Source: an uncultured Alphaproteobacteria bacterium (lineage in GTDB: Bacteria > Pseudomonadota > Alphaproteobacteria > Rs-D84). Taken from it: a DNA stretch of 64,000 bases. The notes below the pieces were generated by a model. The model saw only the letters and a program-made list of their open reading frames with translations. It searched no databases and was not told the DNA's origin. Below, piece after piece: positions 1 through 11,100 of the stretch. Position numbers and translations under genes: made by a program. Where the stretch lies: assembly GCA_944389595.1 (NCBI GenBank), contig CALXMY010000001.1, positions 179 through 64,178 of the forward strand, read 5' to 3'. Every line of letters starts with the position of its first letter. The first letter of the stretch is position 1.

Positions 1-441
1 ATTATAAATTCAAATGGTGTTTATTCAGATGATGCGCGTGGAAATCGTTATTATTATGGATATCAGCAAACTAAATTAAGTATGATTTCATATTATTTTG
101 AACATGCAAAGCAGTTTTGGAATCATCAGACTATTAATGGGGTGCCGTTGGAATTACAGGAAATTCGCGTTCAAACGGCTGCAAACAGTTCGGTGCCGTA
201 TAATTTTGAATGGCAAACGCGTCGTACACCGATTGCAACTCGTGATGTTCGGAAAAATCGTGTCGCATGGTATAATATAAAATTCAATGTTGGCGAAACA
301 GGCTGGATTTGTAACAAATTATATATGACATTGTTTGATGCCGCAACGAATATAGCCGCCGAAACCGCACATCAGTTATATAATGATCAAAGGGTTATTG
401 ACTGTGTTCGCAATTTGATTACGAAACAAGCAACCAGATAA
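1..441 (+). CDS. hypothetical protein, 5' end outside window
   Basis: Reading frame open from base 1, in frame with track ORF 82..441; no recognisable motif. Confidence 0.4.
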   Translation: MINSNGVYSDDARGNRYYYGYQQTKLSMISYYFEHAKQFWNHQTINGVPLELQEIRVQTAANSSVPYNFEWQTRRTPIATRDVRKNRVAWYNIKFNVGETGWICNKLYMTLFDAATNIAAETAHQLYNDQRVIDCVRNLITKQATR

Positions 442-497
442 CTTATGGATTTTATGGACATTTTTTGATAAAATACCCCTGAAAAGGGGTGTTTATA

Positions 498-1655
498 ATG
501 GACCAAAATAAAATCCAACGTTTTAACGAATTAAAAAATCGTGCCAGTAAAAATTTCGATAAATATCTGAATGCTTTATTAAATGGCACGGATGTTTATA
601 TGTTGCCAAAAGAAAGACTAAGCGACAGGGAATGGCGCGAACTGAACGGCCTGTTAAGTGAAAAAAACGTAAAGTTTATTGAAACAATAGAGCGTGGCGT
701 TCCATATATGCAATTTTCTAAAATTAATAACCATGATACATTTGAAAATGCGGCGGCAAAAATCAAGATGATGCGTTTTAACGAATTAAAAAATCGTGCC
801 AGTAAAAGTTTTGATAAATATCTGAACGCTTTATTAAATGGCACGGATGTTTATATGTTGCCAAAGGAAAGACTAAGCGACAGGGAATGGCGCGAACTGA
901 ATGACCTGTTAAGTGAAAAAAACGTAAAGTTTGTCGAAAAAATGGAGCGTGGTGTTCCATATATGCAATTTTCCAAAACCAATAACCATGGTGAATTCAA
1001 AAGGGCAACTGCAAAGGTCAAGGTGATGCAGTTTAACGCAATAAGAAATAAATATCCGTATTTGTCGGATTCTGTGATACAAGAGATTGTTGACAATCAG
1101 GATAATATCAGTCCAGGCCAAATCTACAATATGATACGACATACAAAGAAAAAATATAATTTAAGTCGGGATGAATTTAACAAGGCCGTTGCGTACGGGA
1201 AAACGCCGAATGATTATATTGATGTTTCGCAATATCAACAATGGACGTGGGTGCGTCAATCGCGGGTTCAACAACCGCATGCTAAGCGGGACATACATCA
1301 TATCAGTTTGAATGTTAATATCGTCGAAGGGCTGATAAAGGCACTGGATGATGTATTGGCCCAGGATGCCGGCAGATATATCGAATATTATAAATTTCCA
1401 AAAAGCGATTATTATGACGAGGCCATAACCAGACATGACCCTGTGACCATTTATTTATCTGCCAGAAACAGGGATATAGAACAAAAAATAGTTCGTGCGG
1501 TTGCACCGTATGCGCGTTCAAACGAGGGGCTGCTCGGCGAAATTTTAGGGTATGGTGTCGATATTAGCCCGGAAACAACCCAAAAATATGGCATGTCTGT
1601 GGGGCAAATGGTCGGCAGACAAATATACGCCATGTTAAAAAATTATAACAGATAA
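498..1655 (+). CDS. hypothetical protein with internal tandem 85-aa duplication
   Basis: ATG at 498 preceded by AAGGGG Shine-Dalgarno (track ORF begins at GTG 489); two ~90% identical 85-aa copies encoded by tandem 255-bp DNA repeat (519..773 / 774..1028). Confidence 0.55.
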   Translation: MDQNKIQRFNELKNRASKNFDKYLNALLNGTDVYMLPKERLSDREWRELNGLLSEKNVKFIETIERGVPYMQFSKINNHDTFENAAAKIKMMRFNELKNRASKSFDKYLNALLNGTDVYMLPKERLSDREWRELNDLLSEKNVKFVEKMERGVPYMQFSKTNNHGEFKRATAKVKVMQFNAIRNKYPYLSDSVIQEIVDNQDNISPGQIYNMIRHTKKKYNLSRDEFNKAVAYGKTPNDYIDVSQYQQWTWVRQSRVQQPHAKRDIHHISLNVNIVEGLIKALDDVLAQDAGRYIEYYKFPKSDYYDEAITRHDPVTIYLSARNRDIEQKIVRAVAPYARSNEGLLGEILGYGVDISPETTQKYGMSVGQMVGRQIYAMLKNYNR

Positions 1656-1690
1656 TTTTGTTGCCTTGATTAATTTATGGGGGTGGGTAT

Positions 1691-2245
1691 ATGCATCAGG
1701 ATGCGCAAATACAATCAATACTGAATAAAATGCATACGATGTTTGATGGTGCGGTTGGGCCAAATAATCGCGCCGAATATATGCGTATGAAAAATGTGTC
1801 TGGAATTGATTGGCATTTTTCACTGACAGCCGAAGATATTATAAATCAAAAAATTCCACGTATGGTTGCCGGGTGCACTGGTATCGCAAAAGTTTTCTGT
1901 AAATACGCCACAGATGCTGGATTGAATTTTTTTGTTTTAACTACGGCGCGTGTAGCGGATTTGGCGGGCGCGGCGGATGACCATGCGGCCGCGACCGCCG
2001 AACGCATAATCAACGGCCATCAAATTATTGCCGTACGTGACGAAAACGGTAAACTGCGTGCTTTTGATCCCGGATTACAGGAATTAAGGTATATAAAACC
2101 TGATATTTATGTTGGTAGTATTGTAAAGTTTCGTTTTGATGATGTAATTCCGCATGTTATCACCGCAATTTTAACCCCGGCCGAATATAATAAAATTGAT
2201 ACGTATAAAAAATTGCGCGACTTGTACGTAAATGGTAAAAAATAA
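1691..2245 (+). CDS. hypothetical protein
   Basis: GGGGGTGGG SD 6 nt before ATG; no family recognised. Confidence 0.5.
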   Translation: MHQDAQIQSILNKMHTMFDGAVGPNNRAEYMRMKNVSGIDWHFSLTAEDIINQKIPRMVAGCTGIAKVFCKYATDAGLNFFVLTTARVADLAGAADDHAAATAERIINGHQIIAVRDENGKLRAFDPGLQELRYIKPDIYVGSIVKFRFDDVIPHVITAILTPAEYNKIDTYKKLRDLYVNGKK

Positions 2246-2314
2246 CAAAAATAATTAGCGCATGTTGACAAAAAATATTTTTAATATAATAATTTGTAAT
2301 AACAAAGGGCGAAC

Positions 2315-2908
2315 ATGAAATATTCCCATCGGCAAATTAATTATATTTTAAAATCTGCGCATCGCAATGTTGGTGATGCGATTATTAAAAATGACAATGT
2401 GTTTATAAAAGATATTGTGTTAACGCGTACCACTGGACCGGATGATATAAAATTATTATTTCGTGGCAAACCGGTTGATTTGTCCGATGATATAAAAAAC
2501 AAACAACGCGCGTTGCGTGTGTTGGCCGATGCATATGGAAAATATAATCGTCGTAATCGGGTGCGTAATATTTTTCAAAAATTATCAGATAATTTGACAC
2601 GTAATTATAAATTAGAATCAATGACAGATTCTGAAATTCACGCATGGTTTGCGCTGGATAGGGTTGCGCAAAATATTGGGCGCGTTAAAATTTCGCGTGT
2701 TGGCGCAATGTATAATATTCATTCCAATGATGTTGTTTTTTCATATATTCCATCGGCATACCCAAAACAAATATATGTTGTATCATTTAATAATGGTCCG
2801 ATTATACAAATTGAACAGGGTAAAACAAATCCATATTTATTTGATAAAGCATCGGATGTTTTTACCAATATTTATCATAAAATAATTTTGCCGCAACGGG
2901 TGCGCTGA
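2315..2908 (+). CDS. hypothetical protein
   Basis: AAGGGCG SD before ATG; no family recognised. Confidence 0.5.
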   Translation: MKYSHRQINYILKSAHRNVGDAIIKNDNVFIKDIVLTRTTGPDDIKLLFRGKPVDLSDDIKNKQRALRVLADAYGKYNRRNRVRNIFQKLSDNLTRNYKLESMTDSEIHAWFALDRVAQNIGRVKISRVGAMYNIHSNDVVFSYIPSAYPKQIYVVSFNNGPIIQIEQGKTNPYLFDKASDVFTNIYHKIILPQRVR

Positions 2909-2913
2909 TTTTG

Positions 2914-3405
2914 TTATATTGTTACATTCATGCAATATTGGGCGCACAGACCGATTAAGAAAGCAACGATTGACACACATACGCATACGCCCAGCATTTC
3001 AAAAAAACTTCGCATATATGGCTGTTGGTTCACGCGTCCCAAATAATAATTGAATCCAAAAATTTCGGCGACCGCGATAACGAACATTACAATCATTTCC
3101 ACCACGCGATTTGAAAATATAAAAAATGGTAATATTAATAATGCGCATGTCGCCATATATGCGCCGCCTGTATACAATGCCGATATAAATGCACGTCGAC
3201 CGCCACCCGCCCGCACCGCCAAATAATTTGATGCACCCATGGACAGACTGGCCGTGATGGATGCAATTATCGCGGTTAATATAATTGCGTATCTGTCGGC
3301 CATTGCTATGGCCAGGCCTGAAATCAAGCCGGTTAGTGATACTAATGCATCATGCATTCCCAATACGATTGCGCCGGCGGATTTAAAATTATTCTTGCGT
3401 ACCAT
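2914..3405 (-). CDS. VIT1/CCC1-family (DUF125) membrane protein
   Basis: 163 aa, multi-TM, N-terminal motif MHDALVSLTGLISGL resembles VIT family signature. Confidence 0.45.
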   Translation of the reverse strand: MVRKNNFKSAGAIVLGMHDALVSLTGLISGLAIAMADRYAIILTAIIASITASLSMGASNYLAVRAGGGRRAFISALYTGGAYMATCALLILPFFIFSNRVVEMIVMFVIAVAEIFGFNYYLGRVNQQPYMRSFFEMLGVCVCVSIVAFLIGLCAQYCMNVTI

Positions 3406-3458
3406 ATGTATTATTTTATCATTTGTGTAACAATATTTACCCCAGGTAAGAAATCATA

Positions 3459-3995
3459 ATGATACTGCCACGCGAATTTTATTTGCAAAACCCGATGGAT
3501 GCCGCGCATGAATTGTTGGGCGCGTATTTGTGTCGTGAAATGCCTGATGGTTCATTTATTCGTGCGCCAATATGCGAACTGGAATTATATCTGGAAAACG
3601 ACAGAGCATGCCATGCGTTTGGTGGACGGTGCACGTCGCGTAATGATGCAATGTTTATGATGGGCGGTCATGCGTATGTATATTTATGTTATGGATTACA
3701 TAATATGTTAAATATTGTATTGGGGCCGGCGGGAATGCCTGCGGCGGTGTTGATACGTGCGCTGGAATATGATAATTGCAATGGCCCCGGTAAATTGTGT
3801 AAAACATTAAATATTACGCGCACAGATAATAAACTGGATTTAACCGTGGGGAAACGCGTATGGATTGAACCGCGTGATGTTAATCCAAAAATTATAACTG
3901 GCACGCGTATCGGGGTTGATTACGCCGGCGCGGATGCACAACTGCCGTATCGATTTGCAATTGCAAACAGCCCATATATCAGCAAACCGATTTAG
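3459..3995 (+). CDS. mpg: DNA-3-methyladenine glycosylase (Mpg/AAG family)
   Basis: LPREFY, ELLGAYL, ELELYLENDRACHAFGGR.TSRN, MFMMGGHAYVYLCYGLHNMLNIV, AVLIRALE motifs typical of PF02245. Confidence 0.7.
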   Translation: MILPREFYLQNPMDAAHELLGAYLCREMPDGSFIRAPICELELYLENDRACHAFGGRCTSRNDAMFMMGGHAYVYLCYGLHNMLNIVLGPAGMPAAVLIRALEYDNCNGPGKLCKTLNITRTDNKLDLTVGKRVWIEPRDVNPKIITGTRIGVDYAGADAQLPYRFAIANSPYISKPI

Positions 3996-4561
3996 TTTAT
4001 TTTTATTGCCCCATCACGGACGATGTTTATATTTTCGCCATCCAATACCGCAACAGTACTGGGCGCGCCACCCATTGGTTCAAATGCGTTATCAATTACA
4101 ATTATGTTCGGAAAAGTTTTACGAATTTCGTCGGCCGATTGTAATGTTGGTTGGCCCGATATATTTGCGGATGTTGTTGCCAAACAATGCCCATCAATCA
4201 CACCGCACAGTTCCATAAATGGTTTATAGTTTGGCACGCGTACCCCACCAAACACCATGGAATCAGTCCCCGCCACCGGCACACCAATGGTCAGTGCCCC
4301 CGGCCAATATTTTTGTGCCAATTCAAATGCACGTGCCGGATAATTTGCCATGTATGGTTTAATATGTTCCAAACTGTCCGACATTATAATCAGGTGTTTG
4401 TTTGCGGGCCGCCGTTTTATTTCAAACAATGCATCCGCCCCCGCGCGTGTCGGCAACGCCCCCAGTCCCCATACTGTATCGGTTGGGAACGCAATCACGC
4501 CACCAGATTTTAAATGATTGTTTAATTCAGCAATAAATATTGCATCATGTAAATTTGTCAT
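3992..4561 (-). CDS. tsaC: L-threonylcarbamoyladenylate synthase TsaC/YrdC
   Basis: GGVIAFPTDTVWGLG motif near N-terminus; ATG at 4561 (track start 4579 is GTG). Confidence 0.7.
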   Translation of the reverse strand: MTNLHDAIFIAELNNHLKSGGVIAFPTDTVWGLGALPTRAGADALFEIKRRPANKHLIIMSDSLEHIKPYMANYPARAFELAQKYWPGALTIGVPVAGTDSMVFGGVRVPNYKPFMELCGVIDGHCLATTSANISGQPTLQSADEIRKTFPNIIVIDNAFEPMGGAPSTVAVLDGENINIVRDGAIKIN

Positions 4562-4699
4562 ATTCACCAAAATAAACACAAAAACACACGTTGTAAAGTT
4601 AAAAGTTTAAAAATCGTGGTGCTTTTTTTCTTGCATTTATACGACATATACAACAAAATCCAATGGCGTTTTTTAATTAAAGCATAAGGAGAAACCATA

Positions 4700-7360
4700 A
4701 TGAGTAATAAATGGGTATATACCTTTGGCAATGGTGCAGCAGAGGGCAAGGCCGACATGCGCAACCTGCTGGGGGGCAAAGGGGCCAATTTGGCTGAAAT
4801 GAATTTGGTTGGATTGCCTGTACCGGCGGGGTTTACCGTCACGACCGAGGTTTGCAGTTACTATTACGACCATGACCAGACTTATCCCGATGATTTAATG
4901 GACCAGGTTCGCGATGGTATCGCGCATATTGAAAACATCATGGGCAAAAAATTTGCCGATAATGAAAACCCATTATTGGTTTCTGTGCGTTCAGGTGCGC
5001 GTGTTTCCATGCCGGGTATGATGGATACTGTTTTGAATTTGGGTTTAAACGATGAAACGGTCAAGGCGTTGGCACGGCATTCAGGCAACGAACGTTTTGC
5101 ATATGATTCATATCGTCGTTTTATCATGATGTTTTCCGATGTTGTGTTGGGGGCTGATATTGACCTGTTTGAACATACATTGGAACGTATGAAGGAAGAC
5201 AAAGGTTACAAGGTTGATACCGAACTGACCGCCGATGATTTAAAAGAATTGGTCGAAAAATTCAAAGAAATCGGTGTGAAAATTGGCAAGGTATTCCCCC
5301 AGGATCCATGGGAACAATTGAAATTGGGTATCGGTGCCGTGTTTGGCAGCTGGATGAGCAAAAAGGCCATCACATACCGTAAATTGAATAATATCCCGGG
5401 CGATTGGGGTACGGCCGTGAATGTCCAGGCAATGGTGTTTGGTAATTCTGGTGATGATTCTGCAACTGGCGTATGTTTCAGTCGTGACCCTGCCACCGGT
5501 GAAAACAAATATTATGGTGAATATCTGATTAATGCCCAGGGCGAGGACGTTGTTGCCGGTATCCGTACACCGCAACCAATGAGTCGCGATGATTCCGGAC
5601 GGCCATCATTAGAGGAAACAATGCCTGCGGTATACAAGGAATTGTGTGACGTTCGTGAAAAATTGGAAAAACATTATAAAGATATGCAGGACATGGAATT
5701 CACAATTGAACATGGAAAATTGTGGATGTTACAGTGCCGTAATGGTAAACGTACTGCGGCCGCCGCGGTTCGCATGGCGGTTGAAATGGTCGAAGAAGGC
5801 CTGTTAACCAAAGAAGAGGCCATCCTGCGTGTTGGTGCGGATCAATTGGATCACCTGTTGCACCCGACGCTGGACCCCAAGGCAGAAAAGAAAGTCATTG
5901 CAACTGGTTTGCCGGCATCCCCGGGTGCCGCCGTCGGCCAGGCTGTATTTAATGCCGATGATGCGGAAAGTTGGGCAGCGGCCGGTAAAAAGGTTATGTT
6001 AATCCGCGTTGAAACATCACCCGAAGATATCGCCGGTATGAACGCGGCCCAGGGTGTTATCACTGCGCGTGGTGGTATGACATCGCATGCGGCGGTGGTT
6101 GCGCGTGGTATGGGTACGCCATGTGTATCTGGGTCACCAGATATTAAAATTGATTATGAATCAAAAACAATGAAAACAACCGATGGTGTTGTTATCCACG
6201 AAGGCGATTGGGTTTCCATTGATGGTGCCAAGGGTCAAATTATCGCCGGCCAGGTTCCAACTGTATCGGTTGAATTGACTGGTAATTTCGGCACATTAAT
6301 GAAATGGGTTGATGAAATCAAAACATTAAAGGTCAAGGCCAACGCCGAAACACCAAAAGATGCCAAACAGGCGCGCGATTTCGGTGCCGAAGGTATCGGT
6401 TTGGCACGTACGGAACATATGTTTTTTGACCCGGCACGTATCCAGGATATGCGCGAAATGATTTTGGCCGATGACGAAGATGGCCGTCGCGCTGCGCTGG
6501 CAAAATTGTTGCCGTATCAAAAGGCCGATTTTGTTGAATTGTTTAAAATTATGGATGGATTGCCAGTTACAATTCGTCTGATTGACCCACCGTTGCACGA
6601 ATTCCTGCCGCATACTGATGCGGAAATTGCGGAATTGGCGGCGCATATTGGTAAATCGGTCGAATTTGTCAAGGCGCGTGCCGACGCGTTGCATGAACAA
6701 AATCCGATGTTGGGACATCGTGGGTGCAGATTGGCGATTACATATCCGGAAATCTGTGAAATGCAAACACGCGCGATTTTGTCCGCTGCGATTGAATGCA
6801 AAAACGCAGGTATCCGTGTGTTCCCTGAAATAGAGGTTCCATTGGTCGGATCGAAAAAAGAGGTCGACATTGTTAAATCCGTAATTGATGCAACGGCGGC
6901 ATCGTTGTTTGCAGAAACCGGCGATCGTGTGGAATACAGTGTTGGTTCCATGATTGAATTGCCGCGTGCGGCCGTGTTGGCGGATCAAATCGCGGAAAGT
7001 TGCGAATTCTTTGAATTTGGCACAAACGATTTGACACAAACAACATTGGGTATGTCGCGTGATGACACGGGCAAGATTTTGGATGAATATCGTGCACGTG
7101 GTATCTATGTTGCGGATCCGTTTGCCTCTGTGGACCAGGCCGGCGTTGGATTATTAATCGAAGATGCGGTTAATAAAGCCCGCCGAACCAAAGGTGACAA
7201 AATTCACCTGGGGGTGTGTGGTGAACATGGTGGCGATCCGGCATCTGTTGAATATTTCCATCGCATTGGATTTGATTCCGTTTCGTGCAGTCCGTTCCGC
7301 GTGCCAATTGCACGCCTTGCGGCGGCCCAGGCGGCGGTTAAATTCCCACGCAACAAGTAA
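4700..7360 (+). CDS. ppdK: pyruvate, phosphate dikinase
   Basis: 886 aa; N-terminal ATP-grasp region, central phospho-His motif GGMTSHAAVVARGMGTPCVSG, C-terminal PEP-utilising TIM barrel. Confidence 0.9.
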   Translation: MSNKWVYTFGNGAAEGKADMRNLLGGKGANLAEMNLVGLPVPAGFTVTTEVCSYYYDHDQTYPDDLMDQVRDGIAHIENIMGKKFADNENPLLVSVRSGARVSMPGMMDTVLNLGLNDETVKALARHSGNERFAYDSYRRFIMMFSDVVLGADIDLFEHTLERMKEDKGYKVDTELTADDLKELVEKFKEIGVKIGKVFPQDPWEQLKLGIGAVFGSWMSKKAITYRKLNNIPGDWGTAVNVQAMVFGNSGDDSATGVCFSRDPATGENKYYGEYLINAQGEDVVAGIRTPQPMSRDDSGRPSLEETMPAVYKELCDVREKLEKHYKDMQDMEFTIEHGKLWMLQCRNGKRTAAAAVRMAVEMVEEGLLTKEEAILRVGADQLDHLLHPTLDPKAEKKVIATGLPASPGAAVGQAVFNADDAESWAAAGKKVMLIRVETSPEDIAGMNAAQGVITARGGMTSHAAVVARGMGTPCVSGSPDIKIDYESKTMKTTDGVVIHEGDWVSIDGAKGQIIAGQVPTVSVELTGNFGTLMKWVDEIKTLKVKANAETPKDAKQARDFGAEGIGLARTEHMFFDPARIQDMREMILADDEDGRRAALAKLLPYQKADFVELFKIMDGLPVTIRLIDPPLHEFLPHTDAEIAELAAHIGKSVEFVKARADALHEQNPMLGHRGCRLAITYPEICEMQTRAILSAAIECKNAGIRVFPEIEVPLVGSKKEVDIVKSVIDATAASLFAETGDRVEYSVGSMIELPRAAVLADQIAESCEFFEFGTNDLTQTTLGMSRDDTGKILDEYRARGIYVADPFASVDQAGVGLLIEDAVNKARRTKGDKIHLGVCGEHGGDPASVEYFHRIGFDSVSCSPFRVPIARLAAAQAAVKFPRNK

Positions 7361-7363
7361 AAA

Positions 7364-7387
7364 AAACGCCCCGATGGGGCGTTTTTG
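7364..7387 (+). terminator. rho-independent terminator (AAAAACGCCCC-gatg-GGGGCGTTTTT)
   Basis: perfect 10-bp GC-rich stem followed by T-run immediately after ppdK stop. Confidence 0.8.
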
Positions 7388-7413
7388 TTACTCGTAACTC
7401 GTTACTGGTAACC
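7388..7413. repeat. dispersed intergenic repeat unit (GTTACTCGTAAC / GTTACTGGTAAC)
   Basis: TTACTCGTAACTCGTTACTGGTAACC; related copies at 11232-11270 and 12130-12171. Confidence 0.6.
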
Positions 7414-7973
7414 TAGAAACTGTAATGAATCGCCAATCCCGTGAAATTAAATCCGCGGTTTATGTTTGTAAAATCACCATTTGAAAAATGTTGGGTAAAT
7501 AATTCAATATGCCAATCGTTTCCGATATTTTTACCAATAAAAACGCGTTCGCCGAATACCAGGCGGCTTTCGACATACCGATCGCGTGAATCACGCATAT
7601 ATGGCCCAACACCAATTCCAAAATAAAAACCGCGCCAATTTAATAGTGCCACATCCCACGACACACCAATTGCCATAAAAGACAAATCGTGATCATGGTG
7701 ATAACCGAAATTTTGAACAAATGCCACATTCATTCGCGATGGTAATCTGAAAATATCAATTGGTTGACTGTATTGCACCATCAAATTAGTCATCGGTTCA
7801 AATTCCCATAAAAACGGGTTAACCAATTTGAACATAGACCCCGGTCCAATGCCCTGGGCGGCGTATAACGCAATTGAATTTTCGTTTCCCGTTCCAAACA
7901 TTGGGTTATACCCATCGTTTGCTATTGCGGGTGTGATAATCAGTGATAAAAATATCGCGATGTACTTTTTCAT
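7413..7973 (-). CDS. outer-membrane beta-barrel, lipid A deacylase PagL-like
   Basis: signal peptide MKKYIAIFLSLIITPAIA, HFSNG motif near C-terminus (His-x-Ser of PagL family), C-terminal aromatic residue F. Confidence 0.5.
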   Translation of the reverse strand: MKKYIAIFLSLIITPAIANDGYNPMFGTGNENSIALYAAQGIGPGSMFKLVNPFLWEFEPMTNLMVQYSQPIDIFRLPSRMNVAFVQNFGYHHDHDLSFMAIGVSWDVALLNWRGFYFGIGVGPYMRDSRDRYVESRLVFGERVFIGKNIGNDWHIELFTQHFSNGDFTNINRGFNFTGLAIHYSF

Positions 7974-8164
7974 TTGAAACGAATTATACAATAAAATTGC
8001 AAATAAAAAAATAATAAAAAATTCCGCATGTTAACATCCGGTTTTCTTATTTACAGACCGCACTAAAAATGTTATAATTAAAGAAAATAAGTGGGCATAT
8101 TGTACATTAATGCGCCATAAAATAACGGAATTTCCGGGCCTTTCCGGACTACAGGGGGAGTTTT

Positions 8165-11100
8165 ATGAAAAGCCGTAATTTCGCAGATCACATAAAAAAT
8201 GCGATGGGAACAGTATTTCTGTTGGCGGGTGCGTTTTTTGTTTGTTCGACATTATTGTCGATGCGCGCCGTGTTTGCTGATCCAATTGCGCCGACCATGA
8301 CGGTATCGGCACCGACGGTTGCATCGCCGCGTACATCGGGGACGGTACGCGCATCTGCGCGTCCGGCATCATCGCGCAGCACAGCGTCATCCGTTGTATC
8401 GCGTGGCACGGCACAAACACAAAATGTTGCACCATCACGTGGGGTGACATCACGCGCAATTGTCTCGCGCGGTACGACCACGCCGGTAACATCGCGGGTT
8501 AATACAACAACGGCATCGCGTGCAACGGCATCGGGTCGGCCCAGTACAACGGTTTCGCGCCCCGCGGCGGCAACGGCCGCAAATTCACGTGGGGTAACAT
8601 CACGTGCGGTTGTATCACGTGGTACCGCATCAAATACGGTTTCGCGTGTGGCGGCGAATAATACAGCACGCAGTGTTCGTTCACGCACGGCGACAACGCC
8701 ATCGCGCATTTCATTACAGGGCAGTGCAATCCGTGGCAGCAAGGCCGCCGTGAATTCCAATACATACACATATCTGCAAAGCAAATTATATACGGGTAAT
8801 TATTCAAATATTATTGACTCGTCAACCGGTCTGATTTCGGCCGAGGCTTATAATAACTGTATGGAATCATATTATGCATGTATGGATGAAATTTGTACCG
8901 CACGTAATGCGGCACAACGTCGCTGTGCATGTGCCGGCCGTGTCAAGGCATTTGCCGAGGCCGAAGCCGCACTGGAACAGGCGAACGAGGAATTAATCAA
9001 GGTTTCCGGTGAATTGGCGTTGTTGGTAGCAACCAAGGGCAAAGATATCAGCCAGGCTTTCCAATTAACAGACGCTGAAAAGGTTATGAACTGTGTTTCA
9101 TGGAAGGAAACAACCGATAAATATGGTACTGATTCTGAAGAGGCCCAGGATTGGTGCTTTAACCATGGTATATATGACGGCAATGGCAAAGGACAAAGCC
9201 CGTGCGGCCAGCCATCATATTGTTCGTCATCGGGTAATACATTCGGATTTGATATTGCAAATATAGACGGCTCCAGCAGTGATATTTTGGCATCACTGCA
9301 ATCATGGGCCGATGCAAAGGAAAATACATTAACAATTATTAGCGATGATACAGACAGTTTGACATCGGCATTTGAAAACCTGACCAGTGTTGTGGGCAGT
9401 TTGGCCGGCATTGATGGTGCTTTTGCAGATTCTGGTGATCTAAAGGATTCGTTGGCTGAAACATGGGGCTATGAATTATTTGAATACGCGCACAATAACG
9501 TTTGTAACCGCGTGTTGGATTCTTGCTTTAACGGCATATACGAAGCGTGCGGTACCCCACCGACCGGTGGCGCAAAATGTGGCAACGGCCGTTCACAATG
9601 TCCGTATAATTACAACAGTTATATATCTGTATCAAATACTGGAACATATGAATTGAACTTTATTGAACCAAATACGGGATATACGGCATCTAATTCGGCA
9701 ACGTGTTTTGGTTATACAACCGCATCCGGTGACCCGTATGCAGATTTGCGTGGTCCAGTGGCGGATGCACGTCGCAGCATTATGCAAAAATATGCGTTGG
9801 ATGCCAATGCCGATTGCGATGCATATGGTGAACAATTAAGTACGGCCGCCCAAAATATTGGCTATCAAAAGGTTGCCGCACAACAGGCATTGCAACAAAA
9901 ACGTTTGGAATTCGCCCAAGAGGAAGAAACAACCATCGCATCAGATTACAAGGCTGCGCGTGATAACTTTAATGAATGCTTGGCCGAATTGTATGATTGC
10001 TATACAACCCAGGAAACGGCGCAGCCGAACTGGAGTACCAGCCGCATCAAAACATATTGCGCCCAGGTATCAAATGTTCCGCATTGCTATGAAGAAATGA
10101 TTTGCAGTGCCCCGAACAATATATTACAGGCCGTTATTGACAAAGAAGACGACAGAACCAAGAAGTGTACGAATTCAACTGACTTTGACACTAATACATG
10201 TCGCAATATCATAACACTGTCTGAAATCTTAAGTGGCACATATGCTGAAGGTGCGGTAGAGGATTCGTCAGTTGCCCTGCGCGAGGCATGTCTGCAATCG
10301 ATTGATATCGAAGGTGTTCGTTCATGGCGCAGCAAGAATACCAGTGATGATGCTGGCTGGACCAGCCCACAGTGCCCGGATGGTACACACGAAGAGAACA
10401 GTGCGTGCGTGCCAAATACACAGGAATGTGATGCCACTGGATTTACAGATCCCAATGCAGCAAAGGGGGTTCAAACATGGGATTCTGTTAAGGAAACTTG
10501 GGGACCGTGTGTGTTAACAGAATGTAAGGGTGATTATTATGCATCAAATGGACGTTGCATACCATGCGGTGAAAATACCCATACCGAAAACGGTGCATGT
10601 GTACCGAATACTAAATCATGCACGCACACCGATCCAAATGTGTCAACAGCAACGCAAACATGGAATTCGAGCAGTTGGGGTGCATGTACACCGCAATCAT
10701 GCCGGTTAGATTACGTATTGAGTGATGGTAAATGTATAGCCAAGGTTCGGGTATGTAACAGTGGTGATCCGTATGCAGCCACCGGAACCCAACAATGGGA
10801 CGAGGAAACAAAAGAATATGGCCCGTGCCAGGTTCGTACATGTATTGCCGGATATGTATTGGATAATGGCAAATGTATCAGTAATTCACGCCAGTGCACC
10901 CATTCTGATCCGAATGTTGCAAATGCTGTGCAACAATATGATTCCGCGAGTGGACGCTGGGGTGATTGCGTGGCCACATCATGCGAAGCCGATTATGCAT
11001 TAACGGCGGATAAAAGATGCGTGGCCAGCGAAACCAGTTGTAAACATACCGATCCAAATGTTGCGACGGCATTTCGCACATGGAATGGCAGTACGTATGG

